This document shows, piece by piece, positions 36,375-49,679 of a stretch of 64,000 bases of DNA. Location of the stretch: the NCBI GenBank assembly GCA_030390025.1, contig CM059438.1:61754001-61818000 (forward strand), given 5' to 3'. The translations under genes and the position numbers were made by a program. Origin of the DNA: Squalus acanthias. Taxonomy: Eukaryota. Below the pieces are notes generated by a model. The model searched no databases, was not told the DNA's origin, and saw only the letters and a list, made by a program, of their open reading frames with translations. Numbering within the stretch: position 1 is the stretch's first letter; the number at the start of each line of letters is the position of its first letter.

Positions 36375-36684
36375 AATGTAGAAGGGGCTTGGGCAGAGAA
36401 TGGAGAGGACGCTTGGAAAGGAGAGGGAGCATGTGATAGGGAATGGAGACAGCTTTGGGGCAGAAAATGCAGAGGGTTATGAGACAGGGAATGCAGCAGC
36501 TCAAAGGAGCAGCACCCCCACCCCCACCACCCCCATTATACCAGTGTGACCTTTTCCTTTTCCTATACCAGCCTCCTTGTGGCTTCTCCAAGTGAGAATG
36601 ACACTGAGTAATTTATGTGTAGTTGGTGCTTTGGAGTTGGTGACATTGGTCCTAAAATGGAACTAATTACCACGCCATTGTTAA

Positions 36685-36995
36685 CTTGGCTCAGTCGGTA
36701 GCACTCTCGCCTCTTGAGTCAGTAAGTCATGGGTCTGAGCCTCATTTCTGGATTTGAGCACATGATCTAGGCTGATCCATCAGTGCAGCACTGGGGGAAT
36801 GCTGCACTGTCAGAGGTATCCCATGACACTTGTTGAAGAAGAGGAGCTGAGATTTCCTGGTGTCCTGGCCGACGTTCCTCCCTCAAGCAGCACTAAAAAA
36901 CAGATCATCTGGTCACTTATACTCATTGTTGTTTGTGGGACCTTGCCGAGTGTAAATTGGCTGCTGCGTTTCCCTATGAAACAACAATGACTAAT
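36685..36995 (+). mobile_element. Degenerate Deu-domain SINE
   Basis: TGGCTCAGTCGGTAGCACTCTCGCCTC head; internally deleted core. Confidence 0.75.
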
Positions 36996-37191
36996 TCCAA
37001 TGTGCTAAATAAATTGAAGTTCTTTCTTAAATTGTTAATCATGTTCAGGAAAAATAGCAGGGCGCTGTGCCAAAAGTCACACTGGTACCATTCTGGGTTT
37101 GGGCTGAGGCACATTATGGGGGCAGTGTTAGAGGGAGATTTTCTATCCATCTGTCTGTACCATCCTTGCCCTGGGAGTTCTGGATGGTGAC

Positions 37192-38112
37192 ACTAGAATG
37201 ACATAGAATTACATACAATGCACTGCACAGAAATAGGCCAATCGATTCAAATGGTCTATGTTGGTGTTTATGCTCCACACGAGCCTCCTCCCACCCCTCT
37301 ACATCTAACCCTATCAGCATAACCTTCTATTCCTTTGTGTGTCAGCCAGTGGCTCAGTTGGTAGCACCCTCGCCTCTGAGTCAGAAGGTTGTGGGTTCAA
37401 GTCCCACTCCAGAGACTTGAGCACAAAAATCAAGGCTGACACTCCAGTGCAGTGCTGAGGGAGTGCTGCACTGTTGGAGATGCCGTCTTTTGGACGAGAC
37501 ATTAAACCGAGGCCCCGTCTGCTCTCTTAGTTGGACGTAAAAGATCCCATGGCACTGTTTTGAAGAAGAGCAGGGGAGTTTTCCTGGTGTCCTGTCCAAT
37601 ATTTAATCCTCAATCAAATCACTAAAAAAAATCAGATTATCTGGTCATTATCACATTGCTGTTTGTGGGAGCTTGCTGTGTGCAAATTGGCTGTCGCATT
37701 TCCTACATTACAACAGTGGCTACACTTCAAAAAATACTTAATTGGCTGTAAAGTGCTTTGGGACGTCCGGTGCTTGTGGAAGGCGCTATATAAATGGAAA
37801 TCTTTTTTCTTTTCTCCCTCATGTATTTACCTAGCTTCCTCTTAAAGGCGTCTATGTTATTTGCCTCAACTACTGCCTGCGATAGTGAGTTCCACATTCT
37901 CACCACTCTCTGGGTAAAGGAGTTCCTCCTGAATTCCCTATTGGATTTATTAGTGACTATCTTATATTCATAGACCCTAGTTTTAGACTCTTCCCACATC
38001 TTCACTACGTCTACCCCATCGAACCCTTTCATAATCTTAAAGACCTCTATCAGGTCACTCCTCATCCTTCTCTTTTCTAGAGAAAAGAGTCCCAGCCTGT
38101 TCAGCGTTTCCA
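37192..38112 (-). mobile_element. CR1 3' fragment interrupted by a SINE
   Basis: LGLFSLEKRRMRSDLIEVFKI...FTQRVVRMWNSL. Confidence 0.85.
37340..37805 (+). mobile_element. Full-length Deu-domain tRNA-SINE (SacSINE1-like)
   Basis: A box TGGCTCAGTTGG, B box GGTTCAAGTCC, core GTAAAAGATCCCATGGCAC...GAAGAAGAGCAGGGGAG, tail GGCGCTATATAAATG shared with L2. Confidence 0.9.
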
Positions 38113-38404
38113 TGAAGGAGGATGTTCCTCTGGAATTACCTGTCCTGCCAAGTTTCTGCCCGTTTTGCCCCCTGTAGTGATCGTCTGGGTGTAACCAAAT
38201 ACGGCAATAATAATGGAGTGATGATAGGTCACATATTCCAACATTACATCATAGCATTGCTGGACGTAAGGAATGGGGGCATATTATGGGCATTCAGCAT
38301 TGTCAGGGGACTGCAGAGGCCGATTCAAAATTCAAAGGCCCACCCGAGGAAATGCAATCTATTGCAATGGTGTCAATTTCAACTCCCCTACCGGCACTCC
38401 ACTG

Positions 38405-38830
38405 GAACATAGAGCAGGAGGGGGCCATTCAACCCATCAAGCCTGCTCCGCCATTCAATTAGATCATGGCTAATCTGTACCTCAACTCCATTTACCCGCC
38501 TTTTCTTCATTTCCCTTGATACCCTTACCTAATATTTATCCCTCAACCAATATCACTTAAAACACATTATCTGGTCATTATCATATTGCTGTTTGTGGGA
38601 GCTTGCTGTGTGCAAATTGGCTGCTGCATTTCCTACATTACAAGTGACTACATTTCAAAAGTACTTCATTGGCGTTAAAATGTTTTGGGATGGCCTGAGG
38701 TCATGAAAGGTGCTATATAAATGCAAGTTCTTTCTTTCTAACAAAAATCTATCGATCTCACTCTTGAAAGTTCCAAACGATCCAGCATCCACAGCCTTTT
38801 GGGCAGAAAATTCCACATTTCCACGACCTT
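38405..38830. mobile_element. CR1 tail (minus strand) interrupted by the 3' half of a Deu-SINE (38530-38735, plus strand)
   Basis: Similarity to the other copies in this window. Confidence 0.7.
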
Positions 38831-39125
38831 TTGTTACTGAGGGCAGATGCTTTCTCCCAGCCTGGAGAAGAAGGCCCCTTTAAGCTGTTGAAGGAATCAG
38901 ACTCCCACAGCAACAGGGATTTCACCTTCCCTCCCGCTTCATGGTGAGCTCCTCAGCACACTCGCAAAACCACCCGAGACCACCAAAAACAACATTTCAA
39001 TTTGGCTGAACCCGGGAAATTCTCCAAGGTCAGCTGCACGAGATTTGGCAGCTCTCCCCCTTCCCCCACTTCCTTTCCCCCCCCCTTCCCCACCCCCCAC
39101 ACACACAGTTATGGTGACACTGCTG

Positions 39126-39326
39126 TGTCCATTCCCAGCACTAACACCCACACCGTGAATGGGAGGAGGTCTATTCCCAGCGCTAACACCCTCACCGTGA
39201 ATGGGAGGAGGTCCATTCCCAGCGCTAACACCCTCACCGTGAATGGGAGGAGGTCCATTCCCAGCGCGAACACCCTCACCGTGAATGGGAGGAGGTCCAT
39301 TCCCAGCACTACCACCCTCACCGTGA
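39126..39326. repeat. 42-bp minisatellite, ~5 copies
   Basis: Unit GTCCATTCCCAGCGCTAACACCCTCACCGTGAATGGGAGGAG. Confidence 0.95.
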
Positions 39327-39658
39327 TGAGCACAACATTTCAGTTTCAGAGAAATGAAAGATTTCCACATGGAGAGAAAGAAAGATGAACGTATTTGGGA
39401 GAAAAAACATGTGAAAAGTAACTGCGAGATGGTCACTGTGCTGGATATTTCTACAACGGTCAATGTATCGGCCCCTGTACCAGCCAAAACACAGCAGCTA
39501 CTCTCAGATTCAGCCTTGAGCTTTTAACGCTCAATAATTTCAACAAGAGGTAAGAAGGCAATGAGATCGGTGAAAGAAAGGTCGAGCGATATAACAAAGG
39601 GTGGTGACAGAACCTGTTACCAGGCTGGCTGTTTTATAATGGCAATAAATATTGTGTG

Positions 39659-39678
39659 ACCGCCACCTGGAGGCAGCA
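39659..39678 (-). promoter_or_regulatory. Candidate CTCF site
   Basis: Minus strand TGCTGCCTCCAGGTGGCGGT fits the CCWCYAGRKGGCR core; motif match only. Confidence 0.4.
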
Positions 39679-41521
39679 CTCACCACATCCCATAATAACA
39701 GCCATCCAATGAGGAGAGCCCATTCCATTCACCAAGCCCACAGATGATCAGAAGCTTTACCCCATACATTCACCCTGCCACGGCTGCATGAAGCACCAGA
39801 GTGATGGACATCCCAGCCCAGCCACAAACTAAAAACTTAAAGGCGGGAGGATCTTCCAAGATCTACAATGCTGCCGCCTTCAGACTGGGCAGCAAGACTT
39901 CATTCATTGACTTGGGGAGATGCCTCAGAGAAGGAATGGGTTTGGCAATAATAAAGCAGCATTTAACATATGCTTGTGAGAAGGGCAGCTTACATTTATG
40001 CGCTGGACATAGCACAGTTCTCGTGGCTGCGCCGTGGGAATGTAAGGGGCCACTCGATGATGTGGAGGGCTTGTGAGGATTCAGCTGCACTCCTTTACAT
40101 GGCCTGGGTCTACATATATTGGGCAATGGTCCCAGATACCATCAGCACAATCGGGGGTGGGGGGTGCAGGACTTTTATCACTGAACTGGATCTTGGGCCT
40201 CCCAATGGAGGCCCCTGTGAATCTGCCCAATTGGAAACCGATTAGAGGTCCTTTATGTACATGAACTCTAGTAGATACAGCCACAGGAGGAGGCCATTTG
40301 GTTCCATCGTGTCTGAACCTTGATCATTGATCCTGCAATCCAAAAATAATCCCTACTGCCCTGCTCTCTCCCTATAGCCCTGAATCTTCCTCTGCTTCAA
40401 ATGTTTATCTACTCTTCCCTTAAAAGATACAATGGTTTCTGCCTCTGCTATTCCCTGTGGTAAAGCACTCCATACTCCAACAATTCTCTGCCTTCAACAA
40501 ATTTCTCCTGTCCTCGCTCCCTTATTTTAAATTGATTCTGTCTAGTCACTGACTCCCCAATCAAGGAAATAGTCTTTACCAATTCACCTGATCAAACTGC
40601 TCATAATTTTAGGAACTCTATTCAATCTCCTCTTAGCCTTCATTGCTCCAGTAGAAATAGTCCCAGTATCTCAAGTCCCCACACATCCATATTGTGCATG
40701 AACCTTTCCAATGATCACTTTCTATAATACACAGAGGTGGATCATCCTTGGGATCAGAGCAAATTGCGGCTAAAATACCACGACCCATATCAATGATAAT
40801 CCCCATGGTAACAGGAGCCGTGACCCACTATATGTGGACAGATGTCCGCACCCAGATGGTGTGAAGGAGAGCGCTGGGATCTGTACAAGCCCTCCGCATC
40901 ATCTGGGAGGGCCCCTTGCACTACCATGTTGCAGCAAAGCCAGGATGTAGTCGGTCTGGTGCATCAGTTTTAACTTAGGCGGTGCCAAATATATGGTCTG
41001 TCATTCCTGCCTCCAGTTAATTCGTACCGCCGACTTGTCTTGCTGGAGCTGGATCTTTACTGGCTCGTGGATATCAAGATAGAATAGAAAAGGGAGGCTG
41101 GATTAACTGAACTGGAGCTACTAAAATAAAAGATCATCCTTCTTGGGAGGATTTGAAACAGATCTAAATAGAGAAGGTAAAATGCTAACATTGAAAAACT
41201 GACCCCTCCTGGGTAAAAAAATCGGGAGGGACGGACATGAGGTCCACAGGACAATGTTGGGATGACTCACCTCAGGAGACACAGATTGCATGTATGTACT
41301 GAAAACCTGGAGCCATTGAGCAAAGACGAGTCAGAGGAAGCATGGGTCTTGCCCCGTGGCCTCTGGCAAAATAAATATAATTTATTTGCTTGCTTTTCAC
41401 AAAGGTAAATGGAGAGAGAGAGAGAGAGAGTCCTTTCAACCCCTCTAGATTATCCTTCTATAGGAACCTAACATCTTCTCAATAAAGCATCCAGCTGCCT
41501 CTGAATGGTTCCAGAGCTTTT

Positions 41522-41711
41522 GGGGTTGAAATTGGTCTTTGCCAAGTGGCACCAAAACAGCCTGATGGTGAATCGGCAGCCTGCTTTACATGGCGGCCCA
41601 TCTTCTTTTCCACTGAAGTTAGGGGTAAAGAAAATCAGGCGTGGTGTAAAGCGGGCTGCCGATTGACGATGAGCCCATTTCACGCCTACTGGCGAAGACC
41701 AATTTCACGCC
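41522..41711. mobile_element. ~190-bp MITE
   Basis: TIRs GGGGTTGAAATTGGTCTTTGCCA / TGGCGAAGACCAATTTCACGCC. Confidence 0.7.
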
Positions 41712-42129
41712 ATTGCCTCCACTACCCCCAACCTTGGAGACTATTCCAGGTGTTAATAATTCTCATTTTCATTCAAGACTTTGCTTGTCTGGTGCCAATA
41801 AATTAACAGTAAAATGTAACACCGTGTGAACGAGAATTCTGTTAATATTCCTGGTGCACCTTTGAGACACATTCCCTACATTTTGGGTAGGTATTTTGGC
41901 AAAGTATGTCTCGTGGATTTTTCACAATGATCGTTTGGGTAAGGAGATTATAAAGAGTCAAGTTTCGGGCTTGGGTATGAGTGCCATTCTTTGCTTCAGG
42001 TGAAACAGAAGTCAAGTTGACTGCAAGCTGTACCAGAGACCAGGAAGGTCCCAGGTTTGAGCTTTGGTCAGTACTGAGTTACCTGATTCCTGCCGGGGGA
42101 GTACTGGAGATGCTACAATTGGCCTCAGC

Positions 42130-42495
42130 TTTCCTAATCTTGTGTTCAAATCCCTCCATGGCCTTGCCCCTCCCTATCTCTGTAACCTCCTCCAGACCTA
42201 CAACCCTCCGAGATCTCTGTGCTCCTCCAATTTTGGCCTCTTGCGCATCCCCGATGTTCATCGCTCCACCATTAGGCAACCGTGCCATCAGCTGCCTAGC
42301 TCTGGATTTCCCTCCCTAAACCTCTCCGCCTACCACTCTCTCCTCCTTTAAGATGCTCCTTAAAACCTACTTCTTCCTGTCCTAATATCTCTATGTGGCT
42401 CGCTGTCAAATTTTGTTTGATAACGCTCCTGTGAAGCATCTTGGGACGTTTTACTACATTAAAGGCGCCATATAAATGGAAGTTGTTATTGTTGT
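42130..42495 (+). mobile_element. L2 3' fragment (further L2 tails at ~45530-45912 and 53796-54080)
   Basis: LVFKSLHGLAPPYLCNLL; tail matches the L2 at 2681-5848. Confidence 0.85.
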
Positions 42496-43685
42496 AGGCA
42501 GGGCAAAAGGTCAGCTGAGACTCCTCCTCCTGATCACTATCCAGTGACCTCTATGGTAAAGTGTGAATGTTGGGAATGAGGGCAGAATCAGGCTCAGCTG
42601 AAATGGTCAACATCACATCATCTCATTGAGCAAAGTGGAGTCAAAGCTGGAGTGGCCGAGCACACCTACTGATTAACGAACATATGCCATAAGAACAAAG
42701 TCATGCAAAGAGAGACATGGCTAAACGCAGCAGCATTGGGGTAATAATCCATAAAATACCGTGGAAAACAGCAATCAATGTCATTTCATGAATTTAAAGG
42801 TTGATTTTTGTGCAGTTAAGAATATCCTAGTGATCCTTTCCCTCTGTAATTACAAAACAAAGTTCTGAGTCGTTTTACTTTAGCTTTCCAGTTAGAATAT
42901 GGCTGTTTTTTCTATCCTTCAAAAGCAAATGTTTCCATTCAATAAAAACCAATTCGCCATTCCCTCAAACCTGCAAATAGAGTAAGATGGATGCTCGAAG
43001 CAAAGGTCAGCTGTGTTTTTTCATTCCTCTTCTCTTTGTGCCTCTCAAGTGCTTCTCATATTAATGTGGAAATCTCCAGCTTCACTTGGCAACCCACAGT
43101 CATCATTTACATTGGAATTCTTTGACAGATTAGGGCCCTAAATACTTTTAGTTACTAGGCCCTAAATTGAGGCCTACTGACTCATATTGAGCAACGGCTG
43201 GTTCTTTGTAACCATGACGACAAGTGTTTGTCAGATATCTGTGTCAGCCATGGAAACAGTATCAGAATCTGTGCTCATTGGCTTGAGATCATAAACCCAT
43301 ATTTGCTGAACACATTGGGGACAAATATATTTGTCTCTTTCACCCAAACTGGAACTCTACTGCTTCGTCCTGTTGTGATCATTTCTCTTCAAAGAACTTC
43401 AACGTGTTTATATCTCTGTGCATTCCAGACATACTTCTGAGGTCTTAATCTGTGGTAAATGAAAGGTATAAGCTTTGGGGAAACAAGACGTCAACAGTCT
43501 GCTTCTAGGCTATACATGAACTGCATTCAGACAACGTGAGGACATGCAGAGCCGCGTTACATAAGTTTAAGATTGGCCACAGACACTGAGTCGTTGGCTC
43601 TTGGAGTGCTGAACTGAGCCTCAACTGTAAAGCCTGCCCTAACTTGGGCATTTCAGTTAGAATGCTGGTGTTATTGTAATATACT

Positions 43686-44202
43686 GATGGAATACTCTCC
43701 ACTTGACTGGATGAGTGCAGCTCCAACAACATTCAAGAAGCTCGACACCATCCAGGACAAAGCAGCCCGCTTGATTGGCACCCCATCCACCACCTTAAAC
43801 ATTCACTCCCTCCACCACCGGCACACCGTGGCTGCAGTGTGTACCATCTACAAGATGCATCGCAGCAACTCGCCAAGGCTTCTTCGACAGCACCTCCCAA
43901 ACCCGCGACATCTTCCACCTAGAAGGACAAGGGCAGCAGAAGCATGGGAACACCACCACCTCCAAGCTCCCCTCTAAGTCACACACAATCCTGACTTGGA
44001 AATATATCGCTATTCCTTCATCGTTGCTGGGTCAAAATCCTGGAACTCCCTCCCTAACAGCACTGTGGGAGCACCTTCACCACACGGACTGCAGCGGTTC
44101 AAGAAGGCAGCTCACCGCCACCTTCTCAAGGGCAATTAGGGATGGGCAATAAATGCTGGCCTTGCCAGCGACGCCCACATCTCAGGAACGAATAAAAATA
44201 AA
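43686..44202 (+). mobile_element. LINE 3' fragment (family of 11822-16108)
   Basis: MEYSPLDWMSAAPTTFKKLDTIQDKAARLI; family tail. Confidence 0.9.
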
Positions 44203-44804
44203 ACTACCTTAATGCCATATGTCGAGAAGCTCCATGTAATTGGGTGCATACATTTATCCCGAGCTCCTCAGCGCCTCACTGGATGAATACACCATGTGGT
44301 GTGCTGAGCCTTGAGGACCATACACACCTGTAGCTCTGAGGTTTGCCTCCACAAGCCCATCGCAGGGGGAGGACACTAAGCCCCACATGTCCAAGGCTGG
44401 ATATCCCTGAGGGCACAAGTACATAGCAAGTATAAAGCCCAGTTATCACAGCAGGTCACCTCCCCGGTCGATGTCACGTGTTTCCCTACACTGTAACAGT
44501 GACTACACTTGACAGTGAAGCACTTTGGGATGTCCAGAAAGGTCGTGAAAGGCCCTATATAAATGCAAGTTCTTTCTTTCACACAACCGGTGGGATTCCA
44601 GCTCCTGTCCATCCCATGCTGGGATGGCGCCCATCAGACGTTTACAGGGTTGTCTGAAGACCAGCTTCAGGGAAACGCTGCTGATGTGTCATTCCATCCC
44701 ATGTATCTCCTTTGAAGATTCTGCCAAAATCCCTTCAAAAAATGACTGCAACACCTGCAAAAAAAAAAGTACGTGCAAAGTTTTAGTGAGAAAGGTTTAG
44801 ATTC

Positions 44805-45150
44805 TGATGTAGGAAATATAGGAACAGGAGTAGACCATTCAGCCCCTCAAACCTGTTCCGCCATTCAATGAAATAATGGCTGATCTGTACTCCGTTTACC
44901 CACCTTTGCTCCTTATCCCTTGATACCCTGACCCAACAAAAATCTATTGATCTCAGTCTTTCAATTGTCCCTAGCATCCACAGACATTCGGGGGAGCATG
45001 TTCCAGATTTCCACTACCCTTTGTGTGAAAAAGTGCTTCCTGAATTCACTCCTAAATGACCTAGCTCTAATTTTAAGATGATGCCCTGTTGATCTTGATT
45101 CTCCCCCCTCACTGAAGGTAATAGTTTCTCGGTATCTATCCCATTGAATC
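44805..45150 (-). mobile_element. CR1 3' fragment (older pieces at ~24660-24935 and ~40270-40700)
   Basis: STGHHLKIR...HFFTQRVVEIWN. Confidence 0.8.
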
Positions 45151-45914
45151 CCTTTTTGTTGCACCTCAAGGATTTAGTAGTTTCAGCTGTGGTGAGGGAG
45201 GGGGATCTGGTTGGGGAAGCGTAACAGACAAACCCAAAGATCTCCTCACCCAATATTGGAGCTCAAGCATTTCCAGCAGGAGACACTAGTCGATGATCAG
45301 GATGTGTATTCTGTCTTATTTTCCCCCTCCCTAGTCCAGAGACTCTGAGGCTAATTCTAATTCCACCCTCCCCGCCTCACCTCGTCTCGCTCCACCTCCC
45401 ATCATAATTAGCTAACTCTGCATAGGTCAGGGATTGAGCCTGGAATGATCCAGGTAGCTCTGTAGCTCAGTCCTGCACCAGTGCTGATTTACTCACTGAG
45501 CCACGAAGGGGAAAGCTCAGTATTTAAATCTGCGTTACTCCAATTCTGGCCACTTGTGCATCCCCCACCTCCTTCGCCCACCCATTGGCAGCTGTGCCTT
45601 CAGCTGTCTAGCCCCTAAGCTCTGGAATTCCCTCCCTAAAGCTCTCCTCCTCTCTACCTCTCTCTCCTCCTTTAAGATGCTCCTTGGCACCTACCTCCCT
45701 GTCCTAAAAGGTGCTCTGTTGGTGAGACTCCTTGTTGAAAAGTCATGCTGAGACTCCCTTTGTTAAAGGTGCTCTATGTTGAGACTCCCTCTTGAAGTAG
45801 ACCCTGATGAGGAGCGCCTTTGCTTTTCAACAGGCTCGGGGTCAAGTTCTGACTGATTAAGTTCCTGTGAAGCGCCTTGGGGCATTTTTATGACGTTAAG
45901 GCGCTATATAAATT

Positions 45915-46945
45915 TATTTTTTAATTATTCGTTTATGGGATGTGGGCATGGCTGGCAAGGCCAGCATTTATTGCCCATCCCTAGTTGCCCTTGAGAAGGT
46001 GGTGGTGAGCCGCCTTCTTGAACCGCTGCAGTCCCGTGTGGTGAAGGTACTCCCACAGTGCTGTTAGGGAGGGAGTTCCAGGATTTTGGCCCAGCGACGA
46101 TGAAGGATCGCCGATATACTTCTAAGTCAGGATGGTGTGTGACTTGGAGGGGAACTTGGAGGTGGTGGTGTTCCCATGCGCCTGCTGCCCTTGTCCTAGG
46201 TAGAAGAGGTCGTTGGTTTGGGAGGTGCTGCCGAAGAAGACTTGGCGAGTTGCTGCAGTGCATCTTGTAGGTGGTGCACACTGCAGCCACGGTGTGCCGG
46301 TGGTGGAGGGAGTGAATGTTTCAGGTGGTGGATGGGGTGCCAATCAAGCGGGCTGCTTTGTCCTGGATGGTGTCGAGCTTCTTGAGTGTTTTTGGAGCTA
46401 CACTCATCCAGGTAAGTGGAGAGTAATCCATCACACTCCTTACTTGTGCCTTGTAGATGGTGGAAAGGCTTTGGGGAGTCAGGAGATGAGACACTCGCCG
46501 CAGAATACCTAGCCTCTGACCTGCTCTTGTTGCCACAGTATTTATGTGGCTGGGCCAGTTAAGTTTCTGGTCAATGGTGACCCCTCAGGATGTTGATGGT
46601 GGGGGATTCGGCGATGGTAATGCCGTTGAATGTCATGGGGCAGTGGTTAGACTCTTACTTGTTGGAGATAGTCATTGCCTGGCACTTCTGTGGTGCAAAT
46701 GTTACCTGCCACTTATCAACCCAAGCCTGAACATCGTCTAGGTCTTGTTGCATGCGGGCATGGACTGCTTCATTATCTGAGGAGTTGTGAATGGCGCTGA
46801 ACACTGTGCAGTCATCAGCGAACATCTCCATTTCTGACCTTATGTTGGAGGGAAGGTCATTGATGAAGCAGCTGAATATGGTTGGGCCTAGGACACTGCC
46901 TGAGGAACTCCTGCAGCGATGTCCTGGGGCTGTGATGATTGACCT
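45915..46945 (-). mobile_element. LINE 3' fragment (family of 11822-16108)
   Basis: QDIAAGVPQ, ATRAGQRLGILRRV, KAQVRSVMDYSPL; family tail. Confidence 0.9.
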
Positions 46946-47320
46946 TCAACCAAATGCAAGTTGTTGTTGTTGTAGTTGGCCTCGGGGCCGAATGGGAAAA
47001 GAAAGATGGGCCAGGATTGATACACAGTGACTTCCACTGGAAAGTGCCCGAACCTGGGCATTTGGTCAAGACAGGGTCCGGCTAGGCTAGTAGGTCCCCT
47101 CATGGTTTAGATAGCCCACCACAGTTGTTGCTTGAACTCACACCTAAAGGATGAGGCAACAGAGAGCTGCTGGCATCCATGAATCCATATCCCAAGATGA
47201 AGCAGTGATGTCAGGTAAGCAGGGGTAAAGGGGGGCGCTCCTCATCAGGGTCTACTTCAAGAGGGAGTCTCAACATAGAACACCTTTAACAAAGGGAGTC
47301 TCAGCATGATTTTTAAACAA

Positions 47321-48214
47321 GGGGGGAAAAATTAGGTCGCGCCCCATTTGGGGCGCAAATATCGTCTGGACGCAAATATTAGCGCCTGGCGCTAATTATC
47401 GGCACTGACTGGAAACTTCACTTTTACCGCCCCGGGAGGTGAGTGGAGCGCTAAATCAGGCGCTGCACACCTCTCTTAAGGCGCAAAGGCCAAGGAGTGA
47501 GGCGCTAACTCGGAGCGCTGGCGAAGCTCATGTAATGTCAGTCAGCAATGGAACACACACACAATGGCACGGGCCAGTTCTTAAAGGGGATGGTTAATCT
47601 TGCTTTCCATCCACATCCTGTTCATTGCAGCCTTGAATCTCGGCCTGGAGAGACTTGCACATCAAATGTGCTGGAAAGAACAATGGAGAGTACCAGGCAA
47701 AGAGCTCAGAGTGCAGCTCCCACAGTCTCTGCTAAATCGATACAAGGAATGGCAAATCAAAATGAACCTGCAAAGTGCTGCTCAGTACCCAAAACTCCTT
47801 CACACAACGTTGAATCTCTCCAGAAGTCTCTCCCTCTCTCTCTCAGAATGCGTAGTTCAAAAATGCCACCAACAATAAAAGACAGGAAGAGGCCCCCTTT
47901 AAATAGCGCCCCCCCCAGCCCCACAGCGATTGATAGCGTTCCAGTCTTCTGGTCGTTGGATGCGCCAGGCGGTAAGGCAGGGGGCGCCACTCAATTTCCG
48001 CTCCGGGGCGCCACAAGGGCGTTGCACCATGGAATGACGTCACAATCTGCGCGCGCAGGTGATCGCAGCGGTAAAGTTTAGCGCCGCCGCACAATCTCTA
48101 GTTAAGTTCCCGAGCGGCGCAAACATCGCTGCGCCCGGGCGTTAGCGGCTTTGCACCCCATTAGCGCCCTCTTAAGGCGCTAACGGGAGGCGCAACCAAC
48201 TGAATTTTTACCCC
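47321..48214 (+). mobile_element. Non-autonomous Harbinger-type element, paralogue of 23727-24591
   Basis: TIRs GGGGGAAAAATT / AATTTTTACCCC; colinear interior. Confidence 0.8.
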
Positions 48215-48814
48215 ACAGTGTCTTATTTACAGCCCAGCTGTCTTGTTAAAGCATACCTTGGATTATCAACATTCGCTAGACAAGAGGAGAATGTTTTTCA
48301 TTGTTGTGCACATACTTTTCTGTATTTCTAACTATTTAATTCTGTCTGCTAGAGAGCTCAGAGCTCGATGGTATGTTCCAGATCATTCTTGCCAATTGAG
48401 GAGCATTCCATTATAATCCACTGCAGGAGAATCTAACTTGAGGATGTTGGCATCCTTGTTGCAGTCGTATCTAGACGTGTTCAAATGCAGGTACTGAATA
48501 TCACCGCAGGATATAAGGTCACTATTACTCCCCTCAGTTAAAGAAGTGTCTCATTTTATTTTGCTTGCCAGGATAGAAGCTGGAGGAGATACAATGGAGA
48601 CCGTGGCATCGAACACCAGTTAGGAGGTAGCATCCACTGGCTTATTCAATCAGTCTGTCAATCAGTAATTTGTCATAATTGGGCTGGGTCTTGATACCAC
48701 AAGAACTAGTCGATGTGCTGCCCCCTCTGCCAGCTCCTGCAGGCACTCAATCTCCTATTCAGCTCTTCCTGTGCACGTTTCCACCAGCTCATCTCTTGAC
48801 TTCCATGTGGTTCA

Positions 48815-49172
48815 AAAAGAAAGAAAAACTTGCATTTTTATAGCGCCTTTCATGACCTCAAGACATCCCAAAGTGCTTTACAGTCAATGAGGTACATTTG
48901 AAGTGTAGTCACTGTTCTAATGTAGGAAATATGCCATCCAATTTGTGCACAGCAAGGTCCCACAAACAGCAGTGTGATAATGACCAGACAATCTGTTTTT
49001 AGTGATGTTGGTTGAGGGATAAATATTGGACAGGACACCAGGAGAACTCCTCTGCTCTTCTTCGAAATAGTGTAATGGGATCTTTTACGTCCCCCTGAGA
49101 GAGCTCAAGTCTCTGGAGTGGGACTTGAACCCACAAAACTTCTGACTTAGAGGCAAGAGTGCTACCCACTGA
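48815..49172 (-). mobile_element. Deu-domain SINE, internally deleted
   Basis: Similarity to 37340-37805. Confidence 0.82.
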
Positions 49173-49679
49173 ATTTAAGAGCAATCTTGACATATTCCTT
49201 GCTCTTGACCTGAGCTTTAAGCCCCACTTCCTGTCCATCACTAACACAACCTACTTCCACCTCTGCTCTCGCCTCACCCCCCTCTGTCACTGAACCCTTT
49301 CTGCCTTTTTCACTTCCTAACTCAACTATTTCAACACTCTTCTCACCAGCCTCCCATCCTTCTCCCTCCATAAACTCCAACTTGTCAAAAACTCTGACGC
49401 TCTTGTTTTGTTTCGCACTAAGGGCTGGATCTTCTGACACAAATTGGGTGGGATAGTGGCAGAAATAGCCTCCCCATCCCAACCATCCTTTCCCTCTCCC
49501 TGCTGCCACCAGGACTGCCACTGCAACCCCTTCCGTCACAAGACTGGGATCCCATTATCAGCTCTTTCTGGGATCTAAAAGCCACTTCCAACTCTCCCGA
49601 TTCCTCTTGCCCACTTGCTGCTAACTAATGCTCCTTCCCAGGGTGTTGTCCTTGAGAAACAGCACCTCATAAACAACAA

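Noticed and set aside
37340..37410. Functional tRNA genes (also ~14085-14148, 16030-16108, 25780-25848)
   Set aside because: No complete cloverleaf or terminator; each continues into a SINE or LINE body.
38939..39487. ORFs with 14-aa repeats on both strands
   Set aside because: Follow from a stop-free 42-bp minisatellite; no supporting gene structure.
40088..40200. FTWPGSTYIG resembling the parvoviral/adintoviral PLA2 calcium-binding loop
   Set aside because: No GPG and no downstream HD catalytic motif; too short to support.
45804..45835. CTGATGA-GGAGC...GCTTT as a hammerhead
   Set aside because: The GAAA box is absent, and the inverted partner copy does not preserve the stem.
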